Below are positions 19,553-29,226 of a DNA stretch of 64,000 nt, piece after piece. The stretch's first letter is position 1; every line of letters begins with the position of its first letter. Position numbers and translations under genes: made by a program. A model generated the notes under the pieces. It was not told where the DNA came from, searched no databases, and saw only the letters and a program-made list of their open reading frames with translations. Source of the DNA: Rhodocyclaceae bacterium (lineage in GTDB: Bacteria > Pseudomonadota > Gammaproteobacteria > Burkholderiales > Rhodocyclaceae); assembly GCA_020445805.1 (NCBI GenBank), contig JAGRFX010000003.1:1530-65529 (forward strand), in the 5' to 3' direction.

Positions 19553-19598
19553 GGGGGCGTTGTGCGTCTGTCGCGCGGACCTGCGTGGTCGTCCGAAC

Positions 19599-20336
19599 TC
19601 AACCTGCGTCCACCCTCTTCCTGGATGCGACTCGTGATTGTCCGAAGCAATGGGCGTGCACCCGCTCGCAATAGCGCCCCAGGTTCGCGCGAGTGGCCGC
19701 GTGCCGCTTGACCGGCGAGTCGACCGGCACCCACAGCAGGTTGGCGAGGAAGGCATGCGCGGCGGCGTCGACGGTGGACGGGCGGTCACCATGGAACCAG
19801 GGCTTGTCGCCGAGGTAGTCGGCGAGGGCATCGATGTCGTGGCAGCCCAGGGCCATCATCTCGTCCGGCGCGTGGCGGCCCATGCCGTGGCCGTGGATCT
19901 GCCGCCGCAAGCCGCGGCGGGCCAGCGTCGGCACCACCAGCCGCAGCGGAAGCGGCATCCCGCCGAAGAACACCTGCCGGGTCAGTGCCCAGCCGGCCGG
20001 CTCGAACCAGCGGGTGTGCAGCACGACCCAGTAGAGGTGCTCCTCGAGCAGGCGCGTGAAGGCCAGGGAAATGGCCCGCTGCTCCGCGCTGAGATGGTCA
20101 TCGAGGTCGACGCCGCATCGCTCGGCGAGCCGCCGGATGATGAAGTCCGAATCGGCGATCCGCTCGCCGTCCACCTCGACGAAGGGCAGCTTGCCTTTGG
20201 GGGCCTTCATGACCAGGCCACGATTGTCCGCCTCGTAGGGCAGGCCGGCCAGGCGCAGCCAGGTCTCGACCTTCATGCAGAAGGGGCTGGCGTTGGGAAG
20301 TCCGAATCCGGGCGGAAACTGGTACAGGCGGATCAT
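19599..20336 (-). CDS. Glutathione S-transferase family protein (metaxin/FAX-like)
   Basis: SPFCMKVETWLRLAGLPY; PKGKLPFVE; IADSDFI; LGDKPWFHGDRPSTVDA. Confidence 0.9.
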   Translation of the reverse strand: MIRLYQFPPGFGLPNASPFCMKVETWLRLAGLPYEADNRGLVMKAPKGKLPFVEVDGERIADSDFIIRRLAERCGVDLDDHLSAEQRAISLAFTRLLEEHLYWVVLHTRWFEPAGWALTRQVFFGGMPLPLRLVVPTLARRGLRRQIHGHGMGRHAPDEMMALGCHDIDALADYLGDKPWFHGDRPSTVDAAAHAFLANLLWVPVDSPVKRHAATRANLGRYCERVHAHCFGQSRVASRKRVDAG

Positions 20337-20447
20337 CGGCGGTGCTCCTGCAGCGCGGGGCACCAGTATATCGATGCCATCACCCCGGGCGGGTGCCAGC
20401 CTGGCCTCACTTGCCTCCTGGCGGCGGGCCGGCTAGCCTCGGCACCC

Positions 20448-21587
20448 ATGAAGACATTGACATGGATGCTGCGCGGCGGCGCGGCGATGGGCATGGCGCT
20501 GCTGGTGGCTTGCGGCGGCGGAGGTTCCGGCGGCGGGACGGACGCGGGCGGCGGAGGGGCCGTGGTCGAGGCGCCGGATCCGACCGACGTCGCAGGCAAT
20601 CCTGCAGGGACCTGCGTGGTCCCGGACTATCCGGACCCCGTGCTGGCCGCGCCGCCACCGCCCACGGTGGTTGGCGACGGGACGCCCGCCAGCTGCACGA
20701 GTGCCGCGGTCGTGGCCGCCGTGGCAGGCGGCGGGCGGGTCACCTTCGCGTGTGGCCCGGACCCGGTGGTGATCACCCTGACCGAGACCGCGCGGGTCTT
20801 CAATGACCGTCCCGACCTGACCCTGGATGGCGGCGGCAAGGTGACGCTGAGCGGGGGCGGCGCGCGCCGCATCCTCTATCACAACACCTGCGACCCGGCC
20901 CAGGTATGGACCAGTTCGCGCTGTGACCTGCAGGACACGCCGCACACCACGGTCAAGGACATCGCGCTGGTCGATGGGGATTCGAGCGGCCAGGACTACG
21001 GGCGGGACGACGTGCTGGGCGGGGGGGCGATCTTCGCCCGGGGCGGGCGGCTGACCGTGGCCAATGTGCGCTTCCGGCGCAACCGCTGCGAGGACACCGG
21101 ACCGGACCTGGGCGGAGCAGGGCTGCGGGCAGTCGGCATGCCCAATGCGCCGGTGCGGGTGATCTCATCGACCTTCGGCGGCGATGCGGAGGACGGCAAC
21201 GCCTGCGCCAACGGTGGCGGGCTGTCGGGGCTCCATGCCTCGTTCGCAATCTACAACAGTGTCTTCAGCCACAACCGGGCGACCGGCAGCGGCGCCAATC
21301 CGGCGCGCGCGGGCACCGCGGGCGGCGGCAGCGGCGGTGCCATCTACATGGATGGCAACCAGATGGATCTGTCGGTGTGTGGGACCCTCGTCCATGACAA
21401 CCACGCCAACGAGGGCGGTGGCGCGGTCTTCTACGTCAGCAATGACCGCAGCGGCACGATGTCGCTGACCGACTCCGGCTTCGCTCGCAATGTCAGTGAC
21501 GGCTTCGAGACCAGCGGCCTGCCGGGCATGTTCGTGCTCGCCGCGAATGGACAACCGGTCTTGAGCGGCAGCGCCCTGGCCCCCTGA
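20448..21587 (+). CDS. Lipoprotein with right-handed beta-helix (pectin-lyase/Pmp-like GGAI repeats)
   Basis: Lipobox LVAC then Gly linker; GGAIF/GGAIY/GGAVF and FxxN repeats. Confidence 0.8.
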   Translation: MKTLTWMLRGGAAMGMALLVACGGGGSGGGTDAGGGGAVVEAPDPTDVAGNPAGTCVVPDYPDPVLAAPPPPTVVGDGTPASCTSAAVVAAVAGGGRVTFACGPDPVVITLTETARVFNDRPDLTLDGGGKVTLSGGGARRILYHNTCDPAQVWTSSRCDLQDTPHTTVKDIALVDGDSSGQDYGRDDVLGGGAIFARGGRLTVANVRFRRNRCEDTGPDLGGAGLRAVGMPNAPVRVISSTFGGDAEDGNACANGGGLSGLHASFAIYNSVFSHNRATGSGANPARAGTAGGGSGGAIYMDGNQMDLSVCGTLVHDNHANEGGGAVFYVSNDRSGTMSLTDSGFARNVSDGFETSGLPGMFVLAANGQPVLSGSALAP

Positions 21588-21607
21588 CGGTTGCCTCCGG
21601 GCGGCTT

Positions 21608-22093
21608 CTAGTTGCTGCGGATCCCGAGTACGTCGCAGCGGACCGGCGCGGACCAGAAGTGGGTCGGCGTCTCGCCGGCCGTGCGCACCCCGACGTAGGC
21701 ATTGACGCTGACGATGGTTGGCTCGCCATGGACCGCAACCCATTGGCGGGTCGTCGCGGCCTGCTCCCGGATGCCGAGCGTGGCCGATGTGCCTGTGAGC
21801 GCCCGCGAGGCCACGTAGCGCAGGGCGTGGTGGCACTCGACGCGGATCTGTCGCGTTCCCGTGGGCAGGCCGCTGACGAGGATCACCGCATGGGCGTCGC
21901 ATTCATCGAAGCCTGCCGCATTGCCGAAGCTCTGCCAGCACAGCCAGTGGGTCAGCTGGGGCAGCGGCAGGGTGGTTGGTGCCGGGGTGGCCGGGGGCCA
22001 CGGCGACGGGATGCGACTGGCCGGCATGGCCCACGCCTCTGCTGCGATCAGCGCGAACAGGCAGCATCCCAAGGAACGGAGCGATAGCGGCAT
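21608..22093 (-). CDS. Exported hypothetical protein
   Basis: Signal peptide ending AWA; Pro-rich linker; Cys-containing beta-rich domain. Confidence 0.55.
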   Translation of the reverse strand: MPLSLRSLGCCLFALIAAEAWAMPASRIPSPWPPATPAPTTLPLPQLTHWLCWQSFGNAAGFDECDAHAVILVSGLPTGTRQIRVECHHALRYVASRALTGTSATLGIREQAATTRQWVAVHGEPTIVSVNAYVGVRTAGETPTHFWSAPVRCDVLGIRSN

Positions 22094-22106
22094 CCTGCGA
22101 TCATCC

Positions 22107-22125
22107 ACGTAATACCTTATTACGT
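22107..22125. promoter_or_regulatory. Perfect inverted repeat ACGTAATA-CCT-TATTACGT; candidate operator
   Basis: 8-bp arms, AT-rich, 14 bp upstream of the ATG at 22093. Confidence 0.55.
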
Positions 22126-22218
22126 ACTAGACCGCGGATGGGGCGGAAGCAATGCCGATGGCGGAGAAGGGCGCTCCGATGTGGCAGACGTCACGCGCGC
22201 GCCGGCGCGGATGCCGCC

Positions 22219-22635
22219 TCAGACGCGGCTGTGGATCGAATCCGGATGGGTTGCGATGAATCGCGCGATGCCGCCATCGCGGCCGAGGATGTGCTCGACG
22301 AAATCCTCGTCGATGGACTGGCACAGCCGCTCGACGGCGGCCGGTCCGCGCTTCATGACGTCCATGCTGGCGTCGGCGAGCCGCTCGATGATCCGCTGGT
22401 GCTCCCGCAGGTGGGCTTCGAGTTCGGGATAGCCCGACTCCTTGAGCCAGGTTTCCTCCAGGGTGATGTAGCGGTAGGCCTCGCTGACGAAGCGGGAGAT
22501 CAGCTCGCCCACCTCCTCGTCGTCGGCGGCCCGCTGCCGCACGCGACCGAGCTGCTCTGCGAGCCTCACCAGCGCCGCCCGAGCGCGGTCGAGCTTGGGA
22601 AAGCCAAAAGGGACGAGCGCAGGGGGAGATGTCAT
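22219..22635 (-). CDS. Hemerythrin-like protein with a degenerate ligand set
   Basis: FGFPKLD..., LEETWLKESGYPELEAHLREH, HILGRD; first two His ligand positions substituted. Confidence 0.75.
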   Translation of the reverse strand: MTSPPALVPFGFPKLDRARAALVRLAEQLGRVRQRAADDEEVGELISRFVSEAYRYITLEETWLKESGYPELEAHLREHQRIIERLADASMDVMKRGPAAVERLCQSIDEDFVEHILGRDGGIARFIATHPDSIHSRV

Positions 22636-22776
22636 GAGTGCGTGGGGTGAGAATATTGTCATTATTGGATTTGCAGCGATTATGCCGTAGTGCATGAGAA
22701 ATGATCTTTCGTATTAAACTTCGATTGACGTTGTGGCGAATGATTCTTTTGTGGATCTGTCGTTGGGAGAAAGAAC

Positions 22777-23256
22777 TTGCCGGACGCTGCCCTGGATTCG
22801 CAGGATCTTGAAATTCTGGCCGCGCTGCAGGGCGATGGCCGGATCAGCAATGCCAGCCTCGCCGAGCGTGTGGGTCTGAGCGAGGCGGCGTGCTGGCGGC
22901 GTGTCAAGCGACTGGAGACGGAAGGCTACATCCTGGGCTACCAGGCGAATCTGGACCGGCGCAAGCTCGGCTTCGGCGTGGTCGCCTTCGTACTCGTCCG
23001 ACTGGCCAACCACCGCGGCGAGGAGCCCGCCGCCTTCGAACTGGCCTTGCGCGACGTGCCGGAGGTGCTGGGATGCCACAACATCACGGGGCATGCCGAC
23101 TACCTGCTGCACGTCGTGGCGCGCGACCTGGACGACTACGGCGAGCTGGTCCATGGCCGCCTGAGGCAACTGCCCGGCGTGGCCTCGCTGACCTCCTCGC
23201 TGTTGCTGCGCCGGGTCAAGTACTCGCGGCGCCTCCCGATCGAGCTGCTGGGGTGA
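22777..23256 (+). CDS. Lrp/AsnC family transcriptional regulator
   Basis: LDSQDLEILAALQGDGRISNASLAERVGLSEAACWRRVKRLE; ITGHADYLL. Confidence 0.93.
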   Translation: MPDAALDSQDLEILAALQGDGRISNASLAERVGLSEAACWRRVKRLETEGYILGYQANLDRRKLGFGVVAFVLVRLANHRGEEPAAFELALRDVPEVLGCHNITGHADYLLHVVARDLDDYGELVHGRLRQLPGVASLTSSLLLRRVKYSRRLPIELLG

Positions 23257-23283
23257 AGTCGATTCACCCCGCTGGCGAAGCCA

Positions 23284-25566
23284 TCATTCGGGCATCCGGA
23301 CACCGCTTGCCACCGGCCAGCCGAGGCGGATCCGGGTGCCCTTGCCGGGGGCGCTGGCAACGCTGATCTCGGCGCCGTGCTGCTGCACGATGCGTCGCAC
23401 GCAGGGCAGGCCGAGACCCAGGTGACCCGGCCGGCTGGTGACGAAGGGCTCGAACATCCGGCCCAGGCGCGCTTCGTCGATGCCTTCCCCGCTGTCCGTA
23501 ATCGTCAGGGCCAGGGTCGGGCCGGTCGCATCGGCGGCAAAGCTCAGGCGGCCACCCTGGGGCATGGCATCCAGGGCATTGAGTGCCAGCAGCAGGAGCA
23601 TCTGCCGGAAGCGGACGGGGTCCGCCGCCGCCTCGGGCAGGTCGGGCGGAACGCCGCCCCCGTCCAGTTCCACGCCCTGCGCTTCGGCGCGGGGCTTCAG
23701 CTGCGCCAGCACGGCGTCGACGGTCTCCCGGATCTGCAGCGCACCGATCACCGGTGGCGGTACGTCGCCCATGGCCAGCAGCGGCTTGATCCGCTCGGTG
23801 AGCCGTGACATTTCCGATTCCAGCCGGGCGAGGTGCCGGTGGTGGGCGTCGTCGGGGCTGGCTTCCTTGAGCAGTGCGCGGGCCATGGCGTGCATGCCGG
23901 ACAGGGAGCGCCCTACCATGCCGCGAACGACCTGTCCGCACTCGCGGACCACGATCTCGCCCAGGCTGCCGAAGGGGCTCGCTTCGCCCCGTCCGTCGTC
24001 CGGATGAGGGACCCGCAGGATGAGGATGTAATGCGTGGCCCCGCCCTCCGTGCCACCGAAGGGCGCGACCAGGAGGTCCGTCGGCTGGCCCCGGACCGGG
24101 ACGCGTCGCTGGCGCGCTCCCTCGTGTCCGAGCAGGCTCTCGACGATGGGGACGAAGCCGGGCATCCAGCCACCATGCAGGCGCTGCTGGTCGATGCCCA
24201 GCATCTCGGCCGCCGGGGCATTGCTGCGCTCGACACGCCCGTCCCGGTCCAGCATCACGACGCCGAAGGGCAGACCATCCACCAGTGCGGTCAACTCGCC
24301 CATTTCCATCACCAGCTGGCGGGTGGTGGCGTCCTGACGGCGTGACTGGTCGTGTTCCGCCTGATGGCTTCGCTCTTCCAGGTCCTCGACCCGTTCGGCC
24401 AGCGCATTGACGCCGCGGGCGATGCTGCGCAAGGGTTCATCGGGCGGTGGCTCGATGCGCAGAGAGATCTGGCCGCCGGCGACGTCCGCCACCTGGGCCG
24501 CCAGCGCGGGCAGGGGGCGAAGGCTTCGCCTGGCAAGCATCCAGCCGCCGCCGGCCATGGCCGCGAGCAGCACCGCCATCACCGCATACCACAGCCAGAC
24601 CGCCCCCATTGATCCCGACGGCACCCCATGGGGCAGCACGGCCACCAGGGTCCATCGCAAGGGGGCCGAAGCGTTGGATACGGCCGGCATGCCCGGCGCC
24701 AGGGCGGACCAGAGGACCAGGCGGTCCCCGCTCTCGAGCAGGCCCCTGTCGGTCGCCATGGTCTGGTCGGCGACGACGCGTGGCAGGCTGTCGCCGGCCT
24801 GGATCGCCGCGACAAGCTGCGGCTGGGAAGCGTTGCGTGCGCCGCCCCAGCGCAGGATCCTGCCCGAGCGGTCGAGCAGGTGGAGGCGTGCCTCGGCCAG
24901 CGTACCGACCGAGGGGCTCGGTGCGACGAGCGGCTCGACCGGGCTCTCCATCATCAGCGCGGCGCGTGGACTGCCGGCCATGTCGGTCACGCCGGCCGCC
25001 ACCAGCAGCAGCGCCGGCCCCCCATCGGACGACTCGTCCCGCAGCCGCAGGGGGGACACGAAGAGTCGCTGCGGACCCATCGACAGGGCTACCTTGAGCG
25101 CTTCGTCGTCCCGCTGCGAGAGGCTGCCCGGCGCGGCGACATCCGGCGGCGGTTCGCCCCGGTCGGCCTGGAGCAGGGTGCGGCCGTCCCGCGATACGAG
25201 TCGCAGCCGGAGGACCTGCGGATGGTTGCCAAGGAAATCGGCCATGTCCTCGCTGGCCCGTTTGGTGGCGGCCTCGGAGGGGCCCTTGGGCTGGTCCAGT
25301 TGCGACAGCAGCTGTCTCAGGGCGGAGGCCTGGGCAAAGTGCGCGACGGACTGGGCCCCCTGATCGAGCCGGCCGGCCAGGCCCTCGCCGAGCAGGGCGA
25401 GGTCGGCCTGGGCGCGCGCAAGCGCTTCGTCATCGGAGGCGCTGCGGACCAGCTGGACCCCGATCGCCCCCGCCACCAGAAAGGGCACGATGGCGATCAG
25501 CCCGAAGGCGAGCAGCAGGCGGGACAGGAAATCCCGGCCCGGGCGGGAGGCGGACGGTGAGCGCAT
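23284..25566 (-). CDS. Membrane sensor histidine-kinase-like protein (periplasmic sensor, HAMP, PAS, HATPase) lacking the canonical H-box His
   Basis: Two TM segments; PAS GVVMLDRDGRVERSNAPA; N-box LALNALDAM, G1 ITDSGEGI, F FEPFVTSR, G2 GHLGLGL. Confidence 0.82.
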   Translation of the reverse strand: MRSPSASRPGRDFLSRLLLAFGLIAIVPFLVAGAIGVQLVRSASDDEALARAQADLALLGEGLAGRLDQGAQSVAHFAQASALRQLLSQLDQPKGPSEAATKRASEDMADFLGNHPQVLRLRLVSRDGRTLLQADRGEPPPDVAAPGSLSQRDDEALKVALSMGPQRLFVSPLRLRDESSDGGPALLLVAAGVTDMAGSPRAALMMESPVEPLVAPSPSVGTLAEARLHLLDRSGRILRWGGARNASQPQLVAAIQAGDSLPRVVADQTMATDRGLLESGDRLVLWSALAPGMPAVSNASAPLRWTLVAVLPHGVPSGSMGAVWLWYAVMAVLLAAMAGGGWMLARRSLRPLPALAAQVADVAGGQISLRIEPPPDEPLRSIARGVNALAERVEDLEERSHQAEHDQSRRQDATTRQLVMEMGELTALVDGLPFGVVMLDRDGRVERSNAPAAEMLGIDQQRLHGGWMPGFVPIVESLLGHEGARQRRVPVRGQPTDLLVAPFGGTEGGATHYILILRVPHPDDGRGEASPFGSLGEIVVRECGQVVRGMVGRSLSGMHAMARALLKEASPDDAHHRHLARLESEMSRLTERIKPLLAMGDVPPPVIGALQIRETVDAVLAQLKPRAEAQGVELDGGGVPPDLPEAAADPVRFRQMLLLLALNALDAMPQGGRLSFAADATGPTLALTITDSGEGIDEARLGRMFEPFVTSRPGHLGLGLPCVRRIVQQHGAEISVASAPGKGTRIRLGWPVASGVRMPE

Positions 25567-25772
25567 CGGTGCGTTGGCGCCGCAGGGGCGCGTCGTTCGG
25601 TCGGGCCGCTATTGTTGCGCACACCGCGCGCGCCGTGTGATGGATATCCAGAACGCGTGTGACAGGGGGCGCATGCCCGTACCGCCGGATCGGCAGTGGA
25701 TGCTTCCCCGTGCGGCAGTCCGGTGCTGTCCTCTCGGCGCAGGCGCCTGGCACGCGGGACACGGAACCCCGG

Positions 25773-25802
25773 AAACAAAAAGGGGACCGCAAGGCGGTCC
25801 CC
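25773..25802 (-). terminator. Rho-independent terminator
   Basis: GGGGACCGC/GCGGTCCCC stem followed by TTTTTGTTT on the minus strand, just after the 25830 stop. Confidence 0.85.
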
Positions 25803-25829
25803 GTGATGCCCTTCCAGGGGTTGAACTGA

Positions 25830-26861
25830 TCAGTTGATCGTCATCGGGAAGGTCGCGGTCACGCCGCCGCCGTTGATGGCCGTGGCCTGGACCGTGTCGG
25901 GGCAGCCGAGGCCACCGGCGTCATTGACGTCGGCCCGGAAGCGGTAGGTGCCGAAGCGCGTCGGCAGGTTGGTCACGGCGTCGAGGACCACGTCGGTGGT
26001 CACCGAACCGAGCACGAAGCCGCTGACCGGGTCGGAGAAGCTGACGGTGCCGCTGGCGGGGTCATGGACCGCGCCACGGATTTCGATCTCGAGCAGCGCG
26101 CCACGGTCACGGCAGCTGGCACGCTCGATGGCCACCTCGGCGCCCTGGTTCAGCAGGGTCGCGCCGGTGGTGCCCACGTCGAGGTTGATGGTGTGGTAGT
26201 GCATGGTGGCGTCGTTGCCGTAGTAGCCGCCCACCGATCCGGGGCTCGGCACGGTGACCTGGCTGAGGTCGATGGCGAAGCCGAAGTCGTCCATCGGAGC
26301 GAGGGTGGGCATGCGCGGATCGTCGATCGGGGAGACCGGCGTGCCGAGCATCGACAGCACGTCGCCCGGGGCATCGCACATGGGCGTCGAGCAGGAGACG
26401 CTGACGACTGCGCCGACGATGACGTTTTCGGCGGGTTCGGTGAACACGTCGGTGGCAACGAGGGCCTCGATGGCGCCGGTGACGTCGTTGATGGTGGCGG
26501 TGCCCTCGATGATGGCCGTGGCGCCGAGGAAGCCGAGTTCGCTGCGGCCGGGCAGGTTGGCCGGCAGGACATCGACGCCGCTGTCACGGAAGCGGCGCAG
26601 CAGCACCAGGGGCTTGATGTTGGGACGGCCGACCGAGGCGCCGACGTCGGCAGCGACCTGATTGATGTTGGCGGTCGGGGTCGTGATGTTGGCCGTGCGC
26701 GGCACCGTCACGGTGATACCCATCACTGTGATCGTGTCGTCGGCAGGAACGATGTTCTCGATCGCACCTTCCAGGGTCACGGGAACATCCACGGCCATCG
26801 CGGGTTGAGCGAGGGAGAGGCCGGCAACAGCAAGGGCGAGCGTCGTGAGGCGAGTGATCAT
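25830..26861 (-). CDS. Exported beta-rich hypothetical protein (DUF5666/OB-like repeats possible)
   Basis: AGGAG RBS; signal peptide ending AMA; LEGAIENI...TITVMGITVTV. Confidence 0.8.
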   Translation of the reverse strand: MITRLTTLALAVAGLSLAQPAMAVDVPVTLEGAIENIVPADDTITVMGITVTVPRTANITTPTANINQVAADVGASVGRPNIKPLVLLRRFRDSGVDVLPANLPGRSELGFLGATAIIEGTATINDVTGAIEALVATDVFTEPAENVIVGAVVSVSCSTPMCDAPGDVLSMLGTPVSPIDDPRMPTLAPMDDFGFAIDLSQVTVPSPGSVGGYYGNDATMHYHTINLDVGTTGATLLNQGAEVAIERASCRDRGALLEIEIRGAVHDPASGTVSFSDPVSGFVLGSVTTDVVLDAVTNLPTRFGTYRFRADVNDAGGLGCPDTVQATAINGGGVTATFPMTIN

Positions 26862-26968
26862 TTTGTCTTCTCCTGGTCTGCGGGTGTGGCGCCGTCGCGA
26901 TTGAGGTGGCGTCCGGCGCCGGGTTCGTCAAAGCCTTGGCCGGTTCCCCAGCCTGCGCAGTCCCTTCC

Positions 26969-26984
26969 GCACGGCGCGTGCCAA
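26969..26984 (-). promoter_or_regulatory. Sigma54 (-24/-12) promoter
   Basis: Minus strand TTGGCACGCGCCGTGC has GG-N10-GC spacing, ~110 bp upstream of 26861. Confidence 0.7.
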
Positions 26985-27356
26985 ATGCCGATTCCCCAGA
27001 CGATCCCGTTGCGGCCGATATTCCGTCGGGCATATGTCCCACGGCGGTGGTGATGCCCCCGAAAAGCCCTATTTGTAAGGGCGTATGACAGGTTGTGAAA
27101 AACTGTGCGCTGCGTGGTATGTCCCGGCAAAAAATACCTTCGTCATCCGAAATCCACGCTGGGCCCCATGACCCATGATTGGGTTTTTGTCCCCACTGAT
27201 GGGGTGGGCATCTGGGGGAGACGCCCAGCTTTGGGGGTGTGTTTGGGGGAAAGTGCGCGTCATGCACGCGGGGCCGTCGAGAGTTCGACGATTGCCCCTG
27301 GAGGGGTCAGGGACAAATTTCCGACGAATGGGGGTGACCGTCCGGGCGTGCAGACC

Positions 27357-28223
27357 TCATGCCCGGTGGCTGGCCGGCGTCGTGAGTGACCGGAGGCGAC
27401 CGATCCGCGCCCGTGTGGCGGGGTGGCTGCTCAGCCAGTCGGGCACGCGGAGCCTCGACAGGCCCAGTGCCCGATGCAGCCAGCGGGGCTGGGCCGCGTC
27501 GATCCGAGCCAGCGCGAGCGCCAGCCCGCGCGGGTCGCCCGTCAGCGCGACAGCCTTGAGGTCGGCGTCGAACTCGCGGGTTCGGGAGAGGCCGGACTGG
27601 AGCCACAGGGCCAGGTAGGGCGAGGCCGCCAGCAGGCCGACCGCGAGCCAGTCGACGTGCCAGCCGGTGTCGAGCCACAGGGACGGCAGGGCGAGCAGCA
27701 GCAGCGCCTGGCCCAGCAGCGCCATCCACTGGGTCATCCGCGCGGTCTGCGCCGTCAGGTTCAGCATGCGCAGATCGTCGTGGGCGATGTGGGCCACTTC
27801 GTGGGCCAGTACGGCCGTCAGTTCGCGTCGATCCAGCTGTGCCAGCAGGGCATCGGTCAGTCCGATGGCCGAGTCCTGCACCTGGCCGAGCGCAAACGCA
27901 TTGGGTACCGGGCTGCGCACCCGATGGGGAACGGGGGTGGCGGGCAGGCCCGCACGCAGGGCCAGGTCGTCGAGTATCCGCCAGAGTGCCGGCGCTTCGC
28001 AGCGCGACAGGGGGCGGGCGCGCAGCTGGCGCAGGGTCAGCGCCGCGCAGGCCGCCGGATCGCTCGCCAGGCTGGCGCACGCCAGCGCCAGGGCAAGCAC
28101 TGCGCCGACAGGCCCGAGCAGGAGGTGCGCCGCCAGCCCGGCGATGGCCAGCATCGCGATCAGCAGCACGGTGCTCTGGAGGCGATTTGCCGCCGCATGA
28201 CGGTGCCAGGTCACCGCGTTCAT
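27357..28223 (-). CDS. htpX: M48 family zinc metalloprotease (HtpX-like)
   Basis: PNAFA; ELTAVLAHEVAHI; LSRTREFDAD; SSHPAT. Confidence 0.88.
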   Translation of the reverse strand: MNAVTWHRHAAANRLQSTVLLIAMLAIAGLAAHLLLGPVGAVLALALACASLASDPAACAALTLRQLRARPLSRCEAPALWRILDDLALRAGLPATPVPHRVRSPVPNAFALGQVQDSAIGLTDALLAQLDRRELTAVLAHEVAHIAHDDLRMLNLTAQTARMTQWMALLGQALLLLALPSLWLDTGWHVDWLAVGLLAASPYLALWLQSGLSRTREFDADLKAVALTGDPRGLALALARIDAAQPRWLHRALGLSRLRVPDWLSSHPATRARIGRLRSLTTPASHRA

Positions 28224-28240
28224 GGGGATCGTCCCGGGCT

Positions 28241-29185
28241 TCAGCCGCCCGGCGGCGTGCCGCGCGGGTCGAAGTCGAGCTCTCGCGCCATCCGCTCGTA
28301 GAGGGCCCGGGCCTTCGGGTCGCTGGCGGGCGGCAGGGCAATGGCCACGTCGATCAGGAGGTCGCCCGGCGGCGATGCAGGAATCCCTCGTCCGCGCACC
28401 CGCAGCTGGCGTCCGCCTCCGGTGTCCGCCGGGATGCGCACGCGGATCGGGCCTGAGGGCAGTTCGATCCGGATCTCTGCGCCGAGGGCGGCTTCCCAGG
28501 GGGCGACCGGCAGGCGCATGCGCAGGTCACGGCCTTCGACCCGCAGCGCGGGGTGTGGACGGAAATGCACTTCGAGCAGGAGGTCGCCAGCCGGTCCGCG
28601 GCCGAAGCCGGGGTGGCCCTGACCGGCCAGGCGGATCACCTGCCCTTCGCGAACGCCGACCGGAATCCGGACCTCCAGGCTGCGGGTCGTCATGGCGACC
28701 TGGCCCCGCGCATCGATGGAGGGCGTCTGCAGCGTCAGTTGCCGCGTGGTGCCGTGGAAGCTGTCTTCGATGTCCAGTTCGACCCGGGCCCGATGGTCCT
28801 CGCCCCGGCCGTCGAACTCGGGGCGCGCGCCGCGCCGCTGGGCGCCGCGGCCGAAGAAGTGCTCGAAGAACTCGCTGAAGTCCCCCATGTCGCCCGGCGC
28901 CTGCGCGCCACCGGCCGCATGGAAGCTGCCGGCCCACTCCGGCGGCGGGGTGAAGTCCCGCCCGGCGCTCCAGCCCTGGCCGAGGCGGTCGTACTCGGCA
29001 CGCTTCTCCGCGTCGCCGAGCACCGCCCAGGCTTCGTTGATCTCCTTCATCCGGTGGTCCGCATCCGCTTCCTTCGAAACGTCCGGGTGATACTTGCGGG
29101 CCAGCCGGCGGAAGGCCTTGCGGATCGTGTCCGCGCTGGCGCTCCGGTCTACGCCGAGCACCTGGTAGTAGTCCCTGAATTTCAC
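28241..29185 (-). CDS. cbpA: DnaJ-class co-chaperone CbpA
   Basis: DYYQVLGV...ARKYHPDV J-domain; no Zn finger; PVAPWEAALG; GTG start. Confidence 0.9.
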   Translation of the reverse strand: MKFRDYYQVLGVDRSASADTIRKAFRRLARKYHPDVSKEADADHRMKEINEAWAVLGDAEKRAEYDRLGQGWSAGRDFTPPPEWAGSFHAAGGAQAPGDMGDFSEFFEHFFGRGAQRRGARPEFDGRGEDHRARVELDIEDSFHGTTRQLTLQTPSIDARGQVAMTTRSLEVRIPVGVREGQVIRLAGQGHPGFGRGPAGDLLLEVHFRPHPALRVEGRDLRMRLPVAPWEAALGAEIRIELPSGPIRVRIPADTGGGRQLRVRGRGIPASPPGDLLIDVAIALPPASDPKARALYERMARELDFDPRGTPPGG

Positions 29186-29226
29186 GATGGCAGTCTCCCG
29201 AATGGCAGTGCTGTCCTTTGACACCT

